Source: Eledone cirrhosa
Lineage: Eukaryota
DNA length: 64,000 nt
Direction of reading: 5' to 3'
Assembly (NCBI GenBank): GCA_964016885.1
Contig: OZ024741.1
Coordinates: 64,480,001 to 64,544,000 of the forward strand
The stretch's first letter is position 1. The number at the start of each line of letters is the position of its first letter. Positions 54,274-64,000 of this stretch are shown here, piece by piece. The position numbers were made by a program, and so were the translations under genes. The notes beneath the pieces are model-generated. The model was not told the DNA's origin. It searched no databases and saw nothing but the letters and a program-made list of their open reading frames with translations.

Positions 54274-54508
54274 TCTATATCTCTAAAATAGAGAATGTCT
54301 GTCTGTCTGACTCCCTAAAACTCGAGAATCACCCAACCGATTGTTTTTAAACTTTACACATGTAATACTTATGGTCGTGTGAGTGTTTTGAGCAAAACAT
54401 ATTTCAAATTTTCAATGCCCTAGGGACCGCATTAGGCGCCGAACGTCGCGCCCTTATAATATATGTCTGTATGTCTGGCTGTCTGCATTACGACATTATG
54501 ACTCTATC

Positions 54509-54541
<33 letters not shown>

Positions 54542-54715
54542 ATATATATATAGTGTGTGTATATATGTATATATATATAGTGTGTATATATATATATATA
54601 GTGTGTGTAACGTTTTTCGAAATATTTACTTCTGCGTTCACAGATTGATTTTTTTAGTTTCAGAAGATCCCGTTAAGGGTGAAAGCAGCAATTCTTTGCT
54701 TAAACTTTAATCTGT

Positions 54716-54799
<84 letters not shown>

Positions 54800-54953
54800 G
54801 CGTTTTAATTGCCCTAATAACTTATTTTGGTTATTATTGCACCGACGTGAGATATATGATTTTTAATGCAATGAAATATCTATGATCTTCGGCAAATCAC
54901 TGATGAGGGACTTATTTTATTACATGTTATCCATGTGCTACCTGCAGTATTTT

Positions 54954-55020
<67 letters not shown>

Positions 55021-55563
55021 GTGTACAGATATTTTTGCATACACAAAAACAAAATATAAACAGCAGCAAAAACAACAACAAAAAAGAGAGGGAACGCAAT
55101 TACATGCCTTTGAAAAATCGTAATAGAAAATTATTTGCCTATTCACCCAAGGCGACTTTCATTACGACTTCTGCATCAATTGGTGAACATACGACGAAAC
55201 ATTGAAAGGAGTAAGACAGCACCACTCTCCACCACTGCAGTCCCACATATTTACTGCTATGTAACTATTGTTTTCATTGTACCATAGCACAACAAATACA
55301 TGTTCGGTTTGTCGAGTGCCTTTTTACTTAACCCTATCGTCTTGGCTTTCGTGGGTTGAACATTTTACTCTCAGGCACCCAATTAAGTTATACCCCTGGT
55401 AATCTACGACGAATTTTTTTTATAAGCACAAAATGTAGACACCATCCCGAGGCCCCATCCCGAGGCCGAGGTATTCTGTACTTCTCTGTATTGCTTCAGA
55501 AAGGAGAGATAAACATGGCAATCTATGTTTAGAATCCCGAGCAACGCCGGGCCATTCTGCTAG
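54274..55563 (+). mobile_element. Non-autonomous Helitron
   Basis: Starts A|TCTATAT, has a 3' hairpin cccgagcaacgccggg (55536-55551) and ends CTAG|T, with no TSD. The reconstructed empty site tatgaacta/tattaa matches the satellite variant at about 55591. Confidence 0.8.
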
Positions 55564-55833
55564 TATTAACATATTAACACGATGGTACTATATGAACTAT
55601 ATTAATTATATTAACACGAGGATACTATATTATTAACACGGTGATACTATATTATTATTAACACGATGGTACTATATTAACTCTATTAACTATATTAACT
55701 CTATTAACTATATTAACACGATGATACTATATTATTATTAACACGATGATACTATATTATTATTAACACGATGATACTATATTATTATTAACACGATGAT
55801 ACTATATTATTATTAACACGATGATACTATATT
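55564..55833. repeat. Continuation of the 25-bp minisatellite
   Basis: acacgatgatactatattattatta units. Confidence 0.9.
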
Positions 55834-57327
55834 GTCTTCTGTTACTGTCAGTGTTATTATTGTTTTACTTATAAAGTACTGGATCATTTGTGAGCGTTGT
55901 TGTTTCGTAACGTCTGTATTTTGTAGGCTTGTGAGACACTTTTAAAGGTGTTTCAGAGAACACTTTATACATATCCATTGCTACTGTCGTTCTCTCAGAG
56001 CGTCCGCATATGTGAGAAATATTTTCGTATGTAAAGTACACATTATTAATCTAGTTCTCTGGCATATCATATACAGTATAAATTTATCATATATATTTAA
56101 GCAGTGTAGTATTTTAGGATTCAGCAGCATTGTCTTATAAATCGAGCGCCCGCATAGAATCTTCTTCTCTAGTGCAGACTTCCGATGCCTATTTTCTCCT
56201 TATGAAACTATCATTCCGAGTTATTGATCTCGGAACACAACACAGTACCACTAATAGGATAGAAAATATACTTTATATTTTCAGGAGGAAAATGAATCCG
56301 TAAATATTGGTGGTGGTCTGCGTCGGCAAAATTTATATATATAATCTGAGGAAAATTTAGATAAGTTCGTGTGAAGTATGAAATATAAGCGAAGTATGAC
56401 GTTTCGGGGCGAATATGATTCTTCCGTTTTTCACCACGGAATAGGAATTTTCCAGTATCACAAACTTCATTTTAGTTGTTCGATTAACTACGTTTTTATT
56501 TTTACCTTGATCGGAAAACTTCGATCTATACTCGAAAGTGAACAACAACTAAATTGTTAAAGAAAGAAACAAGCAAACATACAACGTATTCGTTAACATT
56601 CCCAAGAAAACAACTGACACCACACCTAATAGTAAACTATACCCCCACCAACCACTACAAAATTATGTTTGTTAAAAGTGCAACAGCAGGCAGACGGGAA
56701 GCATTTCAGGAGAAGTCGTGATTCATTTATAAAGTTTGGTCCCCAGGTGGATATCATTGCTACTACCTTAGTGATTTCATGTACCAGATTGTGTTGTGTG
56801 TTTCTGTAATATATTGAACCAACAGTTGATTGATTTTTTTATAACCAAGTTCTTATTATGTCCCAGATTTGTTAAGAAGCAGGGTGGAGCGTGTAAATCA
56901 TAGAAAGTATCACATCTTACTATTATTATCTTGTTTTGTAACAGTATCAATAGTGTTTGAATTAAACAAGAAAAAAAACGTTAAAGCGCGTTGGTGACTC
57001 ATACACATGCGTAATTCTTTCTCTCCCCCTCATATATATATGTGTGTGTGTGTGTGTGTCCCCGTAACTCCTAATACAGTCGTAAGGGCGTCGTATTGAC
57101 ATACGGCATTTCTTGAGCATGTTTAAGTCTGGTGGAGTCCATCCCTCTCCAGGCCTGAGTACAGAAGATATCTTCCAGAGAAAGATAGAAAGTGAGAGAG
57201 AGAGGAAATGAGAAAAAGATATAGAGGAAGAATCCACCCCAGTATTAGACTGGTACTTTTTTATCGACCTCGAAAGGATGAAAGGCAAAGTTGAGCTCGG
57301 CGGGCTTTATATATATATATGTGTGTG

Positions 57328-57372
<45 letters not shown>

Positions 57373-57376
<4 letters not shown>

Positions 57377-57573
57377 ATGTTTAACCCCGGCGGCAGAGCT
57401 CAAGCCGTTTCGACGGCTATTTCTGGACTAATTGTCAGTCTAGAAATAGCCGTCGAAACGGCTTGAGCTCTGCCGTCGGGGTTAAACATTTTCCTATTAC
57501 CCACTCTACTACCCTAAGTATTGAGTACTCTGGTGCGTTATGGTCCATCTGGTTCCTTACCACACCTCCTTCG

Positions 57574-57575
<2 letters not shown>
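57373..57575 (+). mobile_element. Short (TA)n-embedded element with a 5' fold-back palindrome (Penelope-like terminal repeat)
   Basis: Palindrome at 57373-57493, then a tail shared with 27770-27905, 29636-29750 and 63749-63877. Confidence 0.6.
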
Positions 57576-57628
<53 letters not shown>

Positions 57629-57850
57629 CAAGGTAGTGCTGAAACGTTCCTGGCTTTGGGTAAAAGAAAATACAAGAGGATCAGTTAATCATGATTTTGT
57701 TCAACATATTTCCCTTTCAGATTCACATACTTATTGCAGCCGTCCTTCAGTTTTTCTTAACCCTATAAAAAAAACCTCGGAAGTTTGGGCTTCCAACCAG
57801 GCCTCTGTAGCAGCGATCAAGTCAAGTCAAGAACTTTTCAGTATCCCTCG
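57629..57850. mobile_element. Mariner-like MITE
   Basis: TA flanks with imperfect TIRs caaggtagtgctgaaacgttc / gaacttttcagtatccctcg. Confidence 0.55.
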
Positions 57851-57989
57851 TATATATATATATATATAATTATTAAGGCCAGTTACTAGCCTTAGGGCTA
57901 ACGAAACTTACATACCTGTTACGGCGTCATTGTAGTAACTGGCTTTGATAATTATATTCAAACTTGCCCTACGGACTACAACTTGGATA

Positions 57990-59490
57990 TCTTTACCTAT
58001 CTATTGCTACTATATATTTCCAATACAACCCCTATCACTATGGTGCTAGCATCGCAGCATACGGTCCCGTTCTCTAATTTGTGCACCCTTACCCACTCCA
58101 GCATCTCCCGCATCATATCCACAGTCCTTCCTCCCACTCTGTACCCCCAGCTCACCCTGTCCGCTCGTCTTTTGACGTGTTTGCAAGCTGTTCGGAGCCA
58201 CCCCACAGTTGGATAATGGTCCACCAGTCTCCCACACATCGAGAACAGTACTCGTCTGCTCATGCCAGTGTCCAGTTCCGAGATTTCGTTTTCCGAAATA
58301 CCAATACGCCCGCCATGTATTTTCGTAGCTTGAGCCACTGTGCAGCTCCTCTTTCCATCGCCTCCGTTAGTATCATGGTTAATCCAAACCTCTTTAGGTG
58401 GCCTATGACCTCTGTTGCTGACACCACGATCTCGTCCACGAAGATGTCAATATAGGATGTGGTGACCCTTTTCACCTTGACCACCTTTCCCAGGGTAGCC
58501 TTGAGAACCGTCACCTTGATCTTCGGTGCTGTATTCAACCCAAACGCCAGCCTGGTCAAACTGCGTCTGACCCTTATATTTTACCAGCTGATACTTCCAT
58601 AGTTTCTCAGCCACATGTAGCTGCAGATACACCGACTTCATGTCGACGATTGCATCTGTCTCCACTTTCGCAACGTTCCCTCACCGCCCGTGTAGCCCGA
58701 TACATGGTTGTTCAACTCTCGAAAGACCAATGCCGATCTGACCTTGTTTTTCGTCGGCTGCACCACTGCCATAAGCAGCAACACTCCGCTCTTTACCTCC
58801 TCCTTCCAAGGGATTAAAATACCTTCCTTGGTCCATCTTTCCACCTCTCCCTCGAATTCGCTCTTGCCATCTCTTTCCAGGATATGTTGATAGCAGCTTA
58901 CCTTATTACCCAATGCCGGGGCCTCTTTCTTCCAGTACCATTCAACTGTCCACCGCTGGTCATCGAGCACAGCCTGAAAATCATTGTCTTCAATGGGGTG
59001 TACAGCACATTTTCTGTCATGGCTCTCTCAACTCTCCTGTTACACACTCACGGTGCATTGTGCCTCCGCACCACCACACATTACCTCGTCTTCTCTAACT
59101 GTAACACCTCCAAAACGGCTGGCCGTATCTATGTCTATCACCACATCAACTCCATCCACCACATGGTCGATCATAAGTGCTCGCTGTCTCATTCTCGTTC
59201 CCTGCACCACCATCTCCACATTACTTCTGCCTCTACAACTAATCTCTCTACCATCAACTGCCCTCATTCTGCTTATTCTGCTTTACGTTTTAACCACCTC
59301 TGGGATCACTAAGTTCGTTGTGCAGCCCATGCCCAGGAGGGTTTTTGACACCTTCCCCAACACCAGAACCTTCATTACGGGAAGCAACTGCAAGAGCGCC
59401 TCTATTCACTTGCAGGGGTAGCTACCGGCGCAGTATCACCCTCCCTTTAACCGTTTCCTTTGATTTGTGCCTACTATTCCTCTTCGCTTG
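57990..59490 (-). mobile_element. LTR-retrotransposon pol remnant (protease, RT, start of RNase H; Gypsy-like)
   Basis: LMAVVQPTKNKVR..L.FRELN, VDMKSVYLQL, TRLAFGLNTAP, SYID, SRRVLFSMCGRLV.HYP..GWLR and CDAS..GVVLE. Confidence 0.75.
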
Positions 59491-59494
59491 TTTT

Positions 59495-59645
59495 GCATAA
59501 GCTGTCATCACTGTAGACACTGCCACTCGTGATACGTTAAATAATTCGGCTGTTTTTGTTACAGATGCTCCTGCTAATCGAGTACTAAGGATTTGTCCTC
59601 TTTGGAAGTCAGGTCATGCATTTTGTCGTCTAATTATTGTACCTG
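59495..59645 (-). mobile_element. Tc1 transposase N-terminal HTH fragment
   Basis: DFQRGQILSTRLAGASVTKTAELFNVSRVAVSTVMTAY. Confidence 0.7.
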
Positions 59646-59787
59646 TAAAAAAACAAAATGTTGATATAGTGAATTATAGAGTAAAATGGTTAGGATGTCA
59701 AATGGTCAACATATAACCATAGTATGTGTTATACCTAGCCAAGAATGTCAAGATGACAAATGTTTAATATTCACAAGGTGTTCATGG

Positions 59788-59972
59788 TGGATTGGCAGTA
59801 TCGGTAGAGGGTCGGACGCCATGCTTTGACGCATAGAGTTATGGCCCTTGCCATTCTGAGTTCAAATACCGGTGAGGTTAACTTTGCCTTTCATCCTTAT
59901 TGGGGCGATAAAATAAAGTACCAGTAATGCACTGGGATAATTGATGACCTTGTGCCAAAAGTAGAAACAATT
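59788..59972 (+). mobile_element. SINE, main family
   Basis: ggtggattggcagtatcggtagag...ctgagttcaaata...tttgcctttcatcc...gataaaataaagtaccag. Confidence 0.8.
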
Positions 59973-60453
59973 ATTTTGTCAATATGTACATTGTATATAT
60001 ACGAACGTGTGTTTTAGAAATGATGTACGAAATTTATGAGAAAGTAAGTGGTTTCATCGATTGATTTATGACTCTAGAAAAATGGTCCAAATAATAGGGC
60101 ATATAATCCTTCTCAACGGAAAAAGTAAACGTTAGCACATATTCGACGATCACCGATATTTGGCTTTGCCCCAAATATATATTTGTATATATAAGCATAT
60201 ATGTATGTATGTATATATGTATGTATGCATGTATGTTCTTCTGGTTTTATAATTTCACAAATGTTTACTAATAGAGAGAGAGTCGGTTTCTAACATAGAC
60301 ACAAGACTCTCTCATTGGAATTTACACATCAACTAGGTAGATATGTATATATGCATGCATGTGTAGATATGGATGTTATTGTATGTGTGGATGGGTATGT
60401 TTTGAGTTGTATGTGTGTATATGCTTTGTATCTATACATGTGTATATGCGGTT

Positions 60454-63400
60454 ATTAGATGCAAAATTTTTGGAATGTTCTACATATTTTTACTGTCCCA
60501 TAAATGGATTGTACTTGTAATTTCCTAACTAGTTGTGTTCTTTCTGTTCCTGTGAAGCCCAGCTTCTCACGATTTGTATTGAGGCAGTTACTAACATACC
60601 CCAGTCACCCAATAATCACAGGCATAAATCTGAAGGTGTAATCTGAAGGTGGAGTATCTGCAGATTTCTCATCAGTTCTGCATAAATATTCTCCTTTTCG
60701 CTAATCTTTGATATTATATTGGCATCTGCTGGGCAGCTAATTTCCACTACTGTCCCATACCATAATATCTGGTCTGTTATGCCTGCATTTTATTGTGGTT
60801 TTTACTGGAACATTCCACCAGTACTCTTTCATATTATGTATATGGATGTCTTCCACATTGCTGTAGCTTGAAATGTTTCTCTGTTCCTGGCTTGTAATCA
60901 CTTTTTTGTGTTGCTTAGGTCCCAAATAAATTTTAAAAAAAGTGCTATTAAACAGTTAAAAGTTTGGGTTTGTAAAAATTCTAAGCTATTCACTAGAATT
61001 ATTTGTATGCTGGATTTTACGTTGTATGTAAGTTTAATTTGCTTATGCTAAATGATTTTTTTTATATGTTTCAGGTTAAATTAAAATTATAAAATAAAGA
61101 GTAATACCTAAAGAAATTATAAAAGTGCAATAAAGTATAAAATTGTTAAAAAGTTGATTAAAGAGATTTATTGATACTGGATTTTCGCACCCTGAATAAA
61201 GGGTAAGTTGTGTTTTAAGCATTCGTCTCCAGGAGGAAGCAGTGGAACTTGGTCAAGGAGGAATTGCAGGTGACAAGTCAGAGAAGTCGACACGAACCTT
61301 TCTCATGCTTTTACATTCTTAGGGATGGCCTCTGCTTCTTCCATGACGTGCCTGGACTGTTTGACGTTATTGGGGTGCCGTTTGTGCCCAAGGAGTGGCG
61401 GCTATTTATAGACAGCTCCACCACAAGTTTGAAGGCTGTCCTCCTCCACAATGGAAACAAGTTCCCGACACTGCCCCTAGCTCATTCAGTCTGCCTGAAG
61501 GAAGATTACTACAGTGTGAAAGTCCTCTTGGAAGCTCTGCAATACAACGAGTACAATTGGGAAATCATTGGAGACTTCAAGATGGTGGCTTTCCTGCTTG
61601 GACTCCAATGAGGCTTTATCAATTTCCAATGCTTCCTCTGCCTTTGGGATATCAGAGCCACCGCTGACCACTACAAAAGAAAGAACTGGGACCAGCGAAC
61701 AGAATTTGTAGTTGGGGCCCGGAACGTCATGTGGGAGCCACTGGTTGATACCAGGATTGTGCTCATGCCGCCACTGCACATTAAGTTGGGGTTGATGAAG
61801 CAGTTTGTGAAGGCTCTCAACCAAGAATCAGCCGCTTTTAAGTACCTTCTTGAGTTCTTCCCCAAGTTATCTGAGGCCAAAATCAAAGGTGGAATTTTTG
61901 TTGAACCTCAGATAAAGAAGGTGTTTGAGTCTACCGAGTTCTCCAATAAGCTCAATAGGATTGAGAGAACAGCATGGAACTGTTTCAAGGCAGTTGTTAA
62001 GGGCTTCCTGGGCAACTACAGAGCTGAAAACTACCAGCAACTGGTGCAGGATCTGATAATAGTTTTTGGCGCCATGGGATGCAGGATGTCGCTTAAACTC
62101 CATATGTTGGACGCTCACCTGGAAAAATTCAAGGACAATATGGGCGCCTACTCAGAAGAACAAGACGAACGATTCCTCCAAGATGTGAAAGAGAAGAGCG
62201 GAGGTACCAGGGGCACTACAATGAAAAAATGATGGGGGACTATATCTGGGGGCTAGTGCGGGAATGCGACCTGGACTACAACCGCAAATTCAGGAAATTC
62301 AGTCATTTCTGACGTGTATAAGTTGCTTTATAAGTGTTATTTATTTTTACTTTTTTGTTTTTGATAAGCTTGTGTAATAAAATAAATATATACTCTGTTG
62401 ATTTAATTATATGAACTGATAATTTTTTTTTAAATGTGTTTTTTCTTGAAAAATATGAAAATTTCGAAATATCAAACTCCTGACCACAGACCGAAACTTC
62501 TGATTAAATAATAGTGTTTTTTTTTATAATAATGGGATATAACAAACCATGAAATGACACTTAGAACCGGGGAACAAAAAATATGTTACACGGTGTTATT
62601 GGGGCTATCTTTTCTACGGATTGCATTGTACAGTGTTTTGGCCACTACACCATGCCTCATAGGTAGATAGTACCGAGATGACATCTTTGGACAGCTGCTG
62701 ATGACATGGGTGACATCTTCGATGTTAATTCTGCAGAGTCTGCACTTGTTATTACATCTAGGTGTTTTGCCTGCATCCCTATCTCTTTTGTGAATCAGGT
62801 ATTTCGGGTTAATTTCCTGTTCTTGGATTGCAAAAGCGTATCCTTCAAAATGGGAGCCAATATAGCGGTTGTTGGTCCAAGATAGACTACTTTCCTTATC
62901 TATATTACTCTCACTCTGGAGCTTCCTGGCAACATATCCATGCATGATTTTTTGCTGATAAGCATGCAGTTTTTCATCCATGGATTCACTACGATACTGC
63001 TGAGCGACTACCCTGGGTGTGAGTTTTTCATTATCACACAGGGAATATCTCTCGAGGAGTTCCTTCCCAACTCTCATGATCTTATCTGTTTCGTGCAGAT
63101 AGACTTGCTCGAGAGACGGGTTCCTACGCTTTGAGGTTCGTAGATGTTGTCGGGGGGATATGATACGACATTCAAATGCTGTCTGGACTGATGTTAGGCC
63201 TCTGCCTCCCTGCTTACGTTTCAAGTAAAGGCGGTCTATGTCACTGTTGATGTGGAAGTTTCCGGTGTTGTTTAGTATTTTTCCAGTTCTAACATCAACT
63301 GCTCGGATTTCGTCTATCGTCCAATTGAGTATTCCAAACGTTGGTGTTAGGACAGGCACAGCAAACACATTGTGAGCCACTGTTTTGTTTTGCGCAGTGT

Positions 63401-63462
63401 TCCGATGACCAAATCTTTCTTAATCGGGTGTAGTATTCCCTGGTTACGCGTCCCTTATTACA
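60454..63462 (-). mobile_element. 5'-truncated R4/Dong-like RLE LINE, split by a DNA transposon
   Basis: ORF 62586-63380 (DRLYLKRKQGGRGL, AIQEQEI, CRLC..EDVTHVISSC, RH) resumes below about 60870 (YWWN..HNRPDI..WD). Confidence 0.85.
60870..62595 (+). mobile_element. DNA transposon, internally deleted, C-terminal half of transposase (probably CMC/Chapaev3-like)
   Basis: WRLFIDSS..SLKAVLLHNGN, GDFK..LLGLQ, CFLC.WD, PPLHIKLGLMKQFVKAL, MSLKLH.L..H and SEEQ.ERF.QD (61249-62312). The right end is ...gttacacgGTG, and the left TIR is degenerate. Confidence 0.8.
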
Positions 63463-63480
63463 GATATGTATGTATGTACG

Positions 63481-63514
<34 letters not shown>

Positions 63515-63615
63515 TGTATGTATGTATGTATGTGTGTGTGTGTTATGTGCGAATTGGCCAAACCGTTAGAACGTTAAAATCTCACTGTATATACATATAT
63601 ATATTTATATATATG

Positions 63616-63682
<67 letters not shown>

Positions 63683-63748
63683 GACTAAAACTATTTCCCG
63701 ATGATTTCATATGAATAATGCAGTTCTAGTCATATATATATATATATA

Positions 63749-63877
63749 TAATGGGAAAAGGTATGACCCCGATGACAGAGCTAAAGCCGTTTCGACGGCT
63801 ATTTCTGGACAGAAATAGCCGTCGAAACGCCTTTAGCTCTGCCGTCTGGGTCATACCTTTTCCCATTACCCACTCTA
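63749..63877 (+). repeat. Fold-back palindrome, same family as 57373-57493
   Basis: taatgggaaaaggtatgacc...tatttctg / cagaaata...ggtcataccttttcccatta. Confidence 0.75.
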
Positions 63878-63880
63878 TGC

Positions 63881-63924
<44 letters not shown>

Positions 63925-63945
63925 ATTGGCCAAACCGTTAGAACG

Positions 63946-63995
<50 letters not shown>

Positions 63996-64000
63996 GAAGA

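Overview
Repeat-dominated animal genomic DNA; the microsatellite load and SINE set suggest a cephalopod (Octopus-like), which is an inference. One convincing host coding exon is present (minus strand, 31086-32252: a secreted protein with poly-Gln tracts and a Cys-rich domain). The rest is mobile DNA: four L1/Tx1-clade LINEs (one solitary, three head-to-tail), R4/Dong-like RLE LINE fragments, Penelope-like (GIY-YIG) remnants with hammerhead-type motifs and fold-back ends, a short RTE-derived element, tRNA-derived SINEs, two LTR-retrotransposon remnants, Chapaev3-like and Tc1/mariner DNA transposon pieces, and a Helitron inside a 25-bp satellite. Three candidate systems stand out. (1) In the Tx1 LINEs, ORF2 is bracketed by a splice donor at the ORF1 end and an acceptor that coincides with the ORF2 stop, and an ORF2-less copy lies at 12.4 kb. 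(2) These LINEs have a conserved two-hairpin 5' leader and sit in different microsatellites. (3) The RTE-derived element has a pseudoknotted 5' leader with HDV-ribozyme-like helix order. All assignments were made by eye, without database searches.
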